NCBI GenBank assembly: GCA_036149055.1 | Contig: JAYZQJ010000020.1 | Coordinates: 1 to 29,266 of the forward strand | Direction: 5' to 3' | From: Myxococcota bacterium | GTDB taxonomy: Bacteria > Myxococcota_A > Polyangia > Polyangiales > Sandaracinaceae | Length of the DNA: 29,266 nucleotides | In this document: positions 9,243-20,186 of the stretch, piece by piece | Layout of the letters: each line of letters opens with the position of its first letter | Numbering within the stretch: position 1 is the first letter of the stretch | Made by a program: the position numbers and the translations under genes | The notes under the pieces: generated by a model | What the model saw: only the letters and a program-made list of their open reading frames with translations | Database searches by the model: none | Told to the model about the DNA's origin: nothing

Positions 9243-10807
9243 GCGGCGTCCGCACCCTCGCGCTGGTGCTCGGCGATCAGCTCGACCACGACTCCGCCAT
9301 CTTCGACGGGCTCGACCCGGCGCGCGACGCCATCTGGATGGCGGAGGTGGACGAGGAGACGACCCACGTCTGGGCGCACAAGCTCCGGATCGCCGCCTTC
9401 CTGAGCGCGATGCGTCACCACCGCGAGTGGCTCGAGGCGCGCGGCTACACCGTCCACTACACCGAGATGCCGAAGAACCGCGGCCATGACCGCGGCGCGT
9501 CGTTCGCGGAGGTCCTGGCGCTCGACGTGCGCGCGCTCTCGCCGGAGCGGCTGGTCGTGGTCCACCCCGGCGACCACCGGGTGAAGACGCAGCTCGAGGA
9601 GGCGGCCGAGTCGCTGGAGGTGCCGCTCGAGATCCTGGAGGACCGGCACTTCTACGCGACGCTCGAGGAGACGGAGGCCTGGCTGGACGACCGCAAGAGC
9701 ATCGTGCTCGAGCGCTTCTACCGGCAGCAGCGCAAGGACCGCGACGTCCTGATGGACGACGGCGAGCCGATCACCGGGTGCTGGAACTACGACGACGAGA
9801 ACCGCGGCACCTTCGGCAAGGACGGGCCCCCGGACCACAAGGGGCCGCGGCGCTTCCGCCCGGACGCCATCACCGAGGCGGTGATCGACATGGTCTCGGC
9901 GCGCTTCGCCGACCACCCCGGCTCGCTCGAGCACTTCGATCTCCCGGTCGACCGCGACCAGGCGCGGGCGGCGCTCCGGGACTTCGTGCGCCACCGGCTC
10001 TCGCGCTTCGGCGAGTTCCAGGACGCGATGTGGGAGGGCGAGCGCTTCCTCTGGCACTCGCGGCTCTCGTTCCCGCTCAACGTGAAGCTCCTCAGCCCGA
10101 GGGAGTGCGTGGAGGAGGCGGTGGCCGCCTACGAGTCGGGGGACGCGCCGATCGCCTCGGTGGAGGGCTTCGTGCGGCAGATCCTGGGCTGGCGAGAGCT
10201 GGTGCGCGCGATCTACTGGCGCTTCATGCCGGGCTACGCGCGCAAGAACGCGCTCGGCTGCGATCCCGACCGCGACGTGCCGGGGTGCTACTGGGACGGC
10301 GAGACCGACATGGCGTGCGTGGCCGACGCGATGCGCAACGTGATCGACCACGGCTACGCCCACCACATCCAGCGCCTGATGGTGCTCGGCCTCTTCGCGC
10401 AGCTGCTCGGCGTGCACCCCCACGCCTTCCACGAGTGGCACATGGCGATGTACCTCGACGCGATCGACTGGGTGTCGCTCCCCAACGCGCTCGGCATGAG
10501 CCAGTACGGCGACGGCGGGATCCTCGCGACCAAGCCCTACTGCGCGAGCGGCAACTACGTGAACAAGATGAGCAACCACTGCAAGGGCTGCCGGTACCGG
10601 CCCAAGGAGGCGGTCGGCGACGACGCCTGCCCGTTCACGACGCTCTACTGGGACTTCCTGGCGCGCCATCGTGAAGAATTGTCAGGAAACCACCGCATGG
10701 GGTTTCAGCTGAAGAACCTGGAGCGTAAGGAAGGGGACGAGCTGGAGGCGATCCGCGCCCGCGCCCGGTGGATCAAGGGCCAGCTCACCCGCGGCGAGCG
10801 CATCTGA
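9239..10807 (+). CDS. FeS-cluster bacterial cryptochrome/photolyase (FeS-BCP / CryPro, prokaryotic (6-4) photolyase family)
   Basis: [56 protein letters not shown]; four Fe-S Cys (MAC, HCKGC, ACPF); GTGA overlap with the preceding photolyase. Confidence 0.95.
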   Translation: MSGVRTLALVLGDQLDHDSAIFDGLDPARDAIWMAEVDEETTHVWAHKLRIAAFLSAMRHHREWLEARGYTVHYTEMPKNRGHDRGASFAEVLALDVRALSPERLVVVHPGDHRVKTQLEEAAESLEVPLEILEDRHFYATLEETEAWLDDRKSIVLERFYRQQRKDRDVLMDDGEPITGCWNYDDENRGTFGKDGPPDHKGPRRFRPDAITEAVIDMVSARFADHPGSLEHFDLPVDRDQARAALRDFVRHRLSRFGEFQDAMWEGERFLWHSRLSFPLNVKLLSPRECVEEAVAAYESGDAPIASVEGFVRQILGWRELVRAIYWRFMPGYARKNALGCDPDRDVPGCYWDGETDMACVADAMRNVIDHGYAHHIQRLMVLGLFAQLLGVHPHAFHEWHMAMYLDAIDWVSLPNALGMSQYGDGGILATKPYCASGNYVNKMSNHCKGCRYRPKEAVGDDACPFTTLYWDFLARHREELSGNHRMGFQLKNLERKEGDELEAIRARARWIKGQLTRGERI

Positions 10808-10835
10808 CGCGCCCGTGACAAGCTCGGACCCCCTC

Positions 10836-11636
10836 ATGAGACGCGCCCTCCTCGCCTTCGCCCTCCTCTCCGTCCTGCCGGCCAGCGCGTCGGCGTCGAG
10901 CGCGGCGATGCTGCCCCGCGTCGGCGGCAGCGGCGTCGGCCCCGAGGCCCGGGAGGAGGCTCGTACGCTGCTGCGCGCCTCCCTGACCAACGAGGGCTGG
11001 ACGGTCTACGCGGCCGAGGAGGTCTCGACCGCCCTGCCCCCGGCGCTCGGCGCGTGTGGCCCCGACGACGCCTGTGCGTGGGAGCTGCGGGCGATGCTCG
11101 GCGCGGACGTGGCGGTCGGCCTGCGGCTGTGGGGCACCGAGGAGCGCGTCGAGCGGCTGGCGGTCATCGTCACCGGCGTGCGCGGCGTAGGCCACCGGAC
11201 CCTGGCGGAGGTCACCGAGGAGGCGCCGATCGAGATCGCGCTGCCCGAGGCGGTGCGCACCGCGCTGTCCACCTGGTCGACGGGGGCGCTCTCGCCGACG
11301 GCCGCGCCGCCGCGAGGAGAGTCGGTCGATCCCGCCCCCGCGAACCACCTCGAGGGCTCCGCGCTCAACTGGTTCCTCGGCGGCCTCCTCGTCCTGGGCT
11401 CGGCGCCGATGCTCGGCTACGGCATCAACACGATGGTGCGCGACGGCGACTGCATCGAGGGCTCGCCGGAGCTCTGCACGCGGCGGGTGCGCTTCGAGGA
11501 GGGCGCGGCGATCTTCACCGCGCTCGGGGCCGCGGTCCTGATCGGCGGCGTGGTGGTGCTCGCCGTCCAGCCCATCCGGGTGGCGGTCACCGCGAGCGAG
11601 AGCTCGGCCGGCCTCCGCGTCGAGGGGCGATTCTGA
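10836..11636 (+). CDS. Exported/membrane protein with signal peptide, two C-terminal hydrophobic helices and a terminal Phe
   Basis: MRRALLAFALLSVLPASASA signal; hydrophobic segments WFLGGLLVLGSAPMLGYGI and AIFTALGAAVLIGGVVVLAV; ends GLRVEGRF. An alternative start at GTG 10815 is possible. Confidence 0.8.
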   Translation: MRRALLAFALLSVLPASASASSAAMLPRVGGSGVGPEAREEARTLLRASLTNEGWTVYAAEEVSTALPPALGACGPDDACAWELRAMLGADVAVGLRLWGTEERVERLAVIVTGVRGVGHRTLAEVTEEAPIEIALPEAVRTALSTWSTGALSPTAAPPRGESVDPAPANHLEGSALNWFLGGLLVLGSAPMLGYGINTMVRDGDCIEGSPELCTRRVRFEEGAAIFTALGAAVLIGGVVVLAVQPIRVAVTASESSAGLRVEGRF

Positions 11637-11998
11637 TGCGCGCGCTCCTCCTCGCTCCGCTGACGCTCGTCCTCGCGCTGGGCGCGATCGGCTGCGAGTC
11701 GTACAGCGAGTCGGTCAGCTGCTCGATGGGCACGGTGCTCGACGAGAACGATCGGTGCGTGGCCCCGCCCACCCCGGACGGCGGCACCGCGATCGAGACC
11801 TGCGACGCGCTCTGCGCCGAGCTCGGGAGCTGGAGCGCGGAGCGCATCGGCTGCCTCGAGGAGCAGCTCGGCGCGTTCGGCTCCCCGCCCGCCGAGTGCA
11901 TGACGGACCTGACCGAGCCGGCGAGCTGCGGCGCGTGCATCACGGCCGCGGGCGTGACCGACCTGCAGTGCGCGACCACGCCCTCTCTGTGTCCCTGA
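11636..11998 (+). CDS. Small Cys-rich lipoprotein
   Basis: TGATG overlap; MRALLLAPLTLVLALGAIG-C lipobox; 10 further Cys in about 100 aa. Confidence 0.82.
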   Translation: MRALLLAPLTLVLALGAIGCESYSESVSCSMGTVLDENDRCVAPPTPDGGTAIETCDALCAELGSWSAERIGCLEEQLGAFGSPPAECMTDLTEPASCGACITAAGVTDLQCATTPSLCP

Positions 11999-12055
11999 GC
12001 GGCCGTGTCCCTGAGCGGCCGTGCCCCTGAGCGGCCGTGTCCCGAACGAGCGGCC
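11989..12055. repeat. 16-bp tandem repeat (VNTR-like), three copies plus a degenerate fourth
   Basis: GTGTCCCTGAGCGGCC at 11989 and 12005, GTGCCCCTGAGCGGCC at 12021, GTGTCCCGAACGAGCGGCC at 12037. Confidence 0.9.
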
Positions 12056-12063
12056 GCGTCCGC

Positions 12064-12348
12064 TCAGAATCGCTCGGCGAGCACCGCGAAGGCGTTTCGC
12101 ACCGCGAGCAGCTCGTCGAGATCGGCGGCGGTCGCCTGCAGCTCCCGGCCGTCACGGCCGAGCGCCCGCACGTCCACACACGCGTCGGGGCGTGAGTCGT
12201 CGCGCTCGACCCGCACCGTCCAGCGCAGCCGATCGGCGATCCCCTCCTCCGCCCGCTCGCAGCAGCGGCGCACGTAGTAGACGAGCTCCTCGGTGAACGG
12301 GACTCCGCTGAGCCCCACCTCGACGGTGCATCCCACCGCCTCTCCCAT
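12064..12348 (-). CDS. HPF/RaiA-like (ribosome hibernation / sigma54 modulation fold) small protein
   Basis: beta-alpha-beta-beta-beta-alpha pattern: VEVGLSGVPFTEELVYYVRR...WTVRVE...VDVRA...ELQATA.D.DELLAVRNAF. Start uncertain (12348 or 12366). Confidence 0.55.
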   Translation of the reverse strand: MGEAVGCTVEVGLSGVPFTEELVYYVRRCCERAEEGIADRLRWTVRVERDDSRPDACVDVRALGRDGRELQATAADLDELLAVRNAFAVLAERF

Positions 12349-12481
12349 GACATCGAGCGGTCGCATGGTGGGAGACGTCCTGCACCATCCATACCCAGGG
12401 GCGTGACGGCGAGATCAGCCAGCCCGGCCAGTGCCAGGCCGCCACGGTCGGGGCGCCTCGTCTCGGCGAAGGCGCCCGGCG

Positions 12482-13825
12482 CTAGCGTGCGCCGCGGAGC
12501 GTCTCGAGGCGCGCCGGGTCGAGGACCGCGAGCTCGTCCGCGTCGAGGCGCGCCGGATCGAGGCCGGCGTCGAGGGCCGAGCGCAGGGCCGCGAAGGCCT
12601 CCTCGGGCTGATGGGCGGCGCGGCGACAGGCGGCCGCGTGGGCGTCGAGCGGGTCGCCGCCGTACTCGAAGAGGCGGGCGTAGACCTCGGCGGCCTCGCG
12701 GTCGGGGAGCGCCCGGGCCACCCGGCGCAGCGGGTCGACCCCGGTGCGCTCGATCCGCGCATCCACCCGGAGCAGCCGGCGGAGCGGGCCCATGTTCCCG
12801 GTCACCCGGATGGCCTCGGCGAGCGCGTCGGCGACCTCCCCGGCGCTGCGGTCCTCGAGGGCCTCGGCCAGCGGCTCGAGCGCCGCGCTCGCGTCGCCGG
12901 TCGCGAGCAGCACGCGGCCCTCGAGGTAGGCGTCGCGGTCGCCCGACGGCGCGGCCTCCTCGAGCTTCTGGCGCGCCTCGATCGGCTCGTTGGACAGGAG
13001 CGCGGTCCAGGCCTCGAGGTGGGCGATGCGCGCCTTCGCGTCGTCGGTCACCGCGCGATCCCGCGCCGCGTCCGCGACCTTGCGGGCGAGCGCGAGGTTC
13101 TCGGCGGCGAGCGCCTCGTAGCCGCGCTCGAGCACGTCCTCGAGCGGGTCCGACTCCTCCCAGCGCTTCTCGATGCGGTAGGTGCGGTAGTTCTGGACCG
13201 CGAGGATCGCGGCGAAGGCGGCCAGGAACCACTCCTCCCAGAGCGCCAGGCTCAGCGCCGCGAACGCGAGGCACAGCAGGATCGACAGCACCCGGGCGTA
13301 GCGGCGGCCGCGGAAGCCGAAGAAGCGCTCGAAGGCGGTGGCGACCACGTGCCCCCCGTCGAGCGGGAGGATCGGCACGAGGTTGACCGCGCCCCACACC
13401 AGCGTGATGAGCCACGCGATGTTGAGGGTGCGCTGCGGGATGGACTCCGGCACGAAGCCGCCGTAGCGCTCGACGAAGAACGCGACCGCGCCGACGCCGA
13501 ACCCGGCGAAGGGCCCGGCCAGCGAGATCAGGATGCGGCGGCCGTGGCTCAGCTCGCGGTGCTCGCGGGCGCCGAAGACCGTCAGGCCGCCCATGCCGTG
13601 CAGGAGGATGAACGGCGTCAGGCCGAACGCCCGCCCCACGAAGGCGTGGCCGAGCTCGTGCACGAGGACCGCGAGGGTCACCAGCGGGATCCAGATCACG
13701 AACATCTCGGCGCCGTGGGGGTCGTCGCCGGAGAGGAAGAACAGGTAGCCGAAGACCGCGATCAGGATGAGGAACGTCGGATCGAAGCGGACCGGGACGC
13801 CGAGCACGCGGACGTGGTGCCTCAT
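12482..13825 (-). CDS. Site-2 protease (peptidase M50) with C-terminal TPR-like helical domain
   Basis: HELGH zinc motif, ISLAGP, NLVPILPLDGG, several TM segments, Ala-rich TPR-like tail; ATGA overlap with the upstream gene. Confidence 0.9.
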   Translation of the reverse strand: MRHHVRVLGVPVRFDPTFLILIAVFGYLFFLSGDDPHGAEMFVIWIPLVTLAVLVHELGHAFVGRAFGLTPFILLHGMGGLTVFGAREHRELSHGRRILISLAGPFAGFGVGAVAFFVERYGGFVPESIPQRTLNIAWLITLVWGAVNLVPILPLDGGHVVATAFERFFGFRGRRYARVLSILLCLAFAALSLALWEEWFLAAFAAILAVQNYRTYRIEKRWEESDPLEDVLERGYEALAAENLALARKVADAARDRAVTDDAKARIAHLEAWTALLSNEPIEARQKLEEAAPSGDRDAYLEGRVLLATGDASAALEPLAEALEDRSAGEVADALAEAIRVTGNMGPLRRLLRVDARIERTGVDPLRRVARALPDREAAEVYARLFEYGGDPLDAHAAACRRAAHQPEEAFAALRSALDAGLDPARLDADELAVLDPARLETLRGAR

Positions 13826-14445
13826 CGCGCCGCCCCCATCGGGCTGGACGCGGCCAGCGGCCGCCCCTCGAGGGCGCGGCGCACGAACTCGAGGCGGTCC
13901 TGCCCCCAGTAGAGGTGGTCCCCGACCACGAAGCACGGCGCGCCCGGGCAGCCGATCGCCTGCGCCTCCGCCGTCTGGTCCTTCAGCGCCTGCTTGATCG
14001 CGGGGTCGGCCGTCCGCTCGAGCAGGGCCGGCGGAAGCCCCACGTCGGCGAGGCAGCGCGCCAGCACCGCGCGGTCGGCCACGTCCTCGTCGTCGGCCCA
14101 GGTGGCCTTCATCAGCCGGTGCACGAGCGCCGGGCGCTCCGCCTCGGGCGCGGCCAGGGTCAGGCGCAGCGCGTCGACGGTGCGGATCGGGAAGGCCGAG
14201 TTGAAGACGAGCGGCACCCCGTAGAGCTCGGCCCAGCGCGCGAGGTCGAGGAGCTGGTGGCGGCGCTTGGCCTCGTTGAAGGCGTCGATCGGCACCAGCG
14301 GCGTCCCGATCGTCTTGAAGAGCGCGCCCAGCAGGAACGGCCGGAAGCGCACCTCGCCGCCCGCCTCGGCGGCCACCCGCTCGACCTGCGTGGTGCCCAG
14401 GTAGGCGAAGGGGGAGGAGTAATCGAACCAGCAGTCGACCCGCAC
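13822..14445 (-). CDS. 2-hydroxychromene-2-carboxylate isomerase / kappa-class GST (DsbA family) protein
   Basis: FDYSSPFAYLG, RPFLLGALFK, DLARWA, G.PGAPCF.V, YWGQDRL motifs. Confidence 0.9.
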   Translation of the reverse strand: MRVDCWFDYSSPFAYLGTTQVERVAAEAGGEVRFRPFLLGALFKTIGTPLVPIDAFNEAKRRHQLLDLARWAELYGVPLVFNSAFPIRTVDALRLTLAAPEAERPALVHRLMKATWADDEDVADRAVLARCLADVGLPPALLERTADPAIKQALKDQTAEAQAIGCPGAPCFVVGDHLYWGQDRLEFVRRALEGRPLAASSPMGAAR

Positions 14446-14536
14446 GGATCCGTTCTATGGCGCCTCGCCCGGGCACGCCAGGGTGGCCTGCGTGAGCAAG
14501 CTTACGATGGGTCTCCCGGGGTCGGGGCCGCTGACG

Positions 14537-14549
14537 TAAGGTCCCGAAC
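14537..14549 (+). promoter_or_regulatory. Putative -10 element of leaderless boxC transcript
   Basis: TAAGGT(14537-14542)-N7-ATG(14550). AAGGT could alternatively act as a weak Shine-Dalgarno. Confidence 0.4.
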
Positions 14550-16187
<1,638 letters not shown>

Positions 16188-16227
16188 GACGCGCGCGCAC
16201 GCGGCGGTGAGGCCGCGGGGTGTCCGG

Positions 16228-16340
16228 CGCGTGTTTCCCGTGTGTTTCCGCGCGTGAGGCTGCGCACTTCGATCGGGCGCGAGTGAGGCAGCACACGACC
16301 GCGAAAGGGTCGTGACACCTATGGTGACTCTTGCTGGAGG
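16228..16340 (+). promoter_or_regulatory. Putative internal boxB control region (direct repeat, palindrome, -10, Shine-Dalgarno)
   Basis: 11-bp tandem repeat CGYGTGTTTCC x2 (16228-16249); palindrome CACGACC-N7-GGTCGTG (16294-16314); TATGGT (16320-16325); GGAGG (16336-16340). Confidence 0.45.
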
Positions 16341-16349
16341 TACCTGCGC

Positions 16350-17751
<1,402 letters not shown>

Positions 17752-17762
<11 letters not shown>

Positions 17763-18747
17763 ACGACTCCACCGCGTCGACCGCCGCGAAGATCGGTCGG
17801 TCGGCGCCGCCCACCACCCAGACGCGACCGTCGAGCGCGACGACCCCGTGGCCATGCCGCGGCGTCGGCACGGGCGGCGCGGCGCTCCAGGTCTCGCTCG
17901 CCAGCTCGAAGGCGTCCACCGAGTCGAGCGCGCGGTCCGGCTGCTCGCCGCCGACCGCGTAGATCACTCCGTCGAGCAGCGCCGCGTCGAAGCCTCCCCG
18001 CGGGGTCGGCAGCGGCGGCCCGCTGCGCCAGGTGTCGGCCACCGGATCGTAGATCTCGAGCTCGGTGCGGTTGGTCGAGAGCGAGTTGCGGCGCCCGGCG
18101 AGCACGAGGAGCTGGCCGTCGGCGCCGACCGCGGCGAGGTGCTCCCGCTCGGTCGGGATGGGCGCGCCGAAGTCCCAGGCGTCGGCCGCGGGGTCGTAGA
18201 CGAGCGTGCGCTGCGCGAGGCCGCCCCGGCTCTCGTTGCCGCCGACCATCACGATCAGATCGCCCACCGAGTCCGCGGCCGCCGCGCCCCGGTCGACCGG
18301 GAGGCTCGCGATCGGCGCCCAGGCGTCGGCCCCCGCGCGCAGCGCCCAGGCGGTGTCGAGCGGCGCGAAGGCCGTCGTCTCCATGCCGCCGAGCGCGTAG
18401 AGATCGCCGCCGTGGCTCACGAGGGACATGTGGTGACGCGGCGCGGGCAGCGGCGGGCCCTCGGTCCAGGCCCCGGTCGCCGGGTCGAAGACGTGGACGG
18501 TGGACACGACGGCGCCCCGGACGAAGCCGCCCGCGACCCAGATGCGCCCGTCGTGCGCCTCGACCGCGATCTCCTGGATCGCGACCGGGAGCGCCGGCTC
18601 CACCCGCCACGGCGAGGCCCCCGCGTCCGGGCCGGCGTCGGCGGTGGGCCCGGCGTCGCTCGCGGCGTCGGTCGGGGACGAGGCGTCCGGGGCGCGCGGC
18701 TCTCCGCCGCAGGCCGCGATCGTCAGGGAGAGGAGGAGCCAGCGCAT
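17752..18747 (-). CDS. Kelch-repeat (beta-propeller) lipoprotein
   Basis: Lipobox IAAC, Ala/Asp/Pro linker, six kelch blades (IWVAGG, LYALGG, IVMVGG, LLVLAG, IYAVGG, VWVVGG; YDP...W); 11-nt convergent overlap with boxB. Confidence 0.92.
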
Positions 18748-18803
18748 GGGAACAGCGTAGACCAGCGGCGCCGCTCGCGCGCAGGGCTGCTACAGTCTCC
18801 CCG
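18748..18803. promoter_or_regulatory. Back-to-back putative leaderless promoters (kelch and lectin genes)
   Basis: Minus: TACGCT-N6-ATG(18747). Plus: TGcTACAGT(-10 at 18791-18796)-N7-ATG(18804). No Shine-Dalgarno. Confidence 0.55.
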
Positions 18804-20186
18804 ATGCGACGCGTGGTGCTCGTCGTGCTCGCGAGCGCGTGGCTCGGGGGCTGCTTTCTTCAGCGCTCCGGCGCGGGCGCGGGTGACCTCGACGCCGCGG
18901 TGACGCCATCCGACGGCGGCCGCCCCGATGCGCGTCCGGGAGACGCCGGTGACGCCGGCGAGCCGGACACCGGCGTCGTCCGCCGCGACGGAGGAGGCTG
19001 CGACCCCGAGGCCCCCGAGCTGTGCAACGGCGTCGACGACGACTGCGACCCGAGCACCGCGGACGGCGCCGACGAGCCGGACCTCGGCGCGCCCTGCGAC
19101 GACCCGCGCGACGTCGATCTCTGCCCGGACGGGACGCGGGTGTGCCTCGGCGGCTTCATGGTCTGCGACGGCGACGACGGCGACCAGCCGGACGAGGTCG
19201 AGCTCTGCAACGGCCTCGACGACGACTGCGACCCCTCGACCCCCGACGGCGCGGCGGAGACGACCCTCGGGGACGCCTGCGACGGCGACGACGGCGATCT
19301 CTGCCTCGACGACCGCTGGCGCTGCGAGGGAGGCGCGCTGATGTGCGTCGACGACGGCGCGTCGACCGCCGAGCTCTGCAACGGCCTCGACGACGACTGC
19401 GATCCCTCGACCCCCGACGGCGCCGGGGAGCCCGACCTCGGCGTCGCGTGCGACGGCCCCGACGCCGATCTCTGCGCGGACGGCGCCCGGGTGTGCGTGG
19501 ACGGCGCCCTCGCCTGCGCCGACGACGGGGACCAGCCGGACGAGGTCGAGCTCTGCAACGGCCTCGACGACGACTGCGACCCCTCGACCCCCGACGGCGC
19601 GGGGGAGCCGACCCTCGGTGGGCCCTGCGACGGCGGCGACGCCGATCTCTGCGAGGAGGGCGCGTGGCGCTGCGACGCGGGCGGCATGCGCTGCAGCGAC
19701 GCGACCGGCGACTCGACCGAGAGCTGCAACGGCCTCGACGACGACTGCGACGGCGCGGTCGACGAGGGCGCGGGATGCCCCTGCGATCGCCGCACCTTCG
19801 GCGGTCACTCCTACCTCTTCTGCGGACACTGGAGCGAGCAGCGAACGTGGACGAGCGCGCGAGACTGGTGCCGCGGCCGCGGCTACGAGCTCGCCCAGGT
19901 GGACGACAGGGTGGAGATGCGCTGGATCGATCAGCAGCTGGACGACATCGCGGGCAACCGCCGGTGGTGGATCGGGGCCAACGACCGGGGCGTCGAGGGG
20001 ACGTGGGCCTGGACGGGCGGCGGGGCGGCCTCGTACACCAACTGGCGCTCCGGCGAGCCGAACGACGCGGGCGGCGAGGACTGCGTGCACGTGGATCCCG
20101 AGAGCGACGGGAGCGACACGCGCGGCGGCTGGAACGACGCCGAGTGCGACCTCGAGGATCGCTACGTCTGCGAGGCCAGCCCGTGA
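18804..20186 (+). CDS. Lipoprotein with MopE-type putative metal-binding repeats and a C-terminal C-type lectin domain
   Basis: Lipobox LGGC; five E.CNG.DDDCD motifs; C-type lectin motifs WIGAND, YTNWRSGEPN, EDC, WND..C, YVCE. Confidence 0.9.
   Translation: MRRVVLVVLASAWLGGCFLQRSGAGAGDLDAAVTPSDGGRPDARPGDAGDAGEPDTGVVRRDGGGCDPEAPELCNGVDDDCDPSTADGADEPDLGAPCDDPRDVDLCPDGTRVCLGGFMVCDGDDGDQPDEVELCNGLDDDCDPSTPDGAAETTLGDACDGDDGDLCLDDRWRCEGGALMCVDDGASTAELCNGLDDDCDPSTPDGAGEPDLGVACDGPDADLCADGARVCVDGALACADDGDQPDEVELCNGLDDDCDPSTPDGAGEPTLGGPCDGGDADLCEEGAWRCDAGGMRCSDATGDSTESCNGLDDDCDGAVDEGAGCPCDRRTFGGHSYLFCGHWSEQRTWTSARDWCRGRGYELAQVDDRVEMRWIDQQLDDIAGNRRWWIGANDRGVEGTWAWTGGGAASYTNWRSGEPNDAGGEDCVHVDPESDGSDTRGGWNDAECDLEDRYVCEASP
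19017..19775 (+). repeat. Intragenic tandem repeats of 171-183 bp in ABAB order
   Basis: Units start at 19017, 19200, 19371, 19548 and 19719 (spacings 183, 171, 177, 171 bp) with a near-identical TGCAACGGCCTCGACGACGACTGCGA core. Confidence 0.9.

Noticed and set aside
11989..12055. CRISPR-like array
   Set aside because: Units are contiguous 16-mers with no spacers, and there are no cas genes.
12420..12437. Sigma54 promoter (TGGCAC on the minus strand) for the HPF-like gene; similar partial motifs near 16322 and 29218
   Set aside because: No GC at the required GG-N10-GC spacing.
16285..16335. Possible c-di-GMP-I (GEMM) riboswitch around the GAAA-looped hairpin
   Set aside because: Lacks the GCAAA...GACGCAAA junction and a convincing second stem; retained only as a generic palindrome.
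19017..19775. CRISPR-like or mobile repeats
   Set aside because: The repeats are in-frame protein domain repeats.
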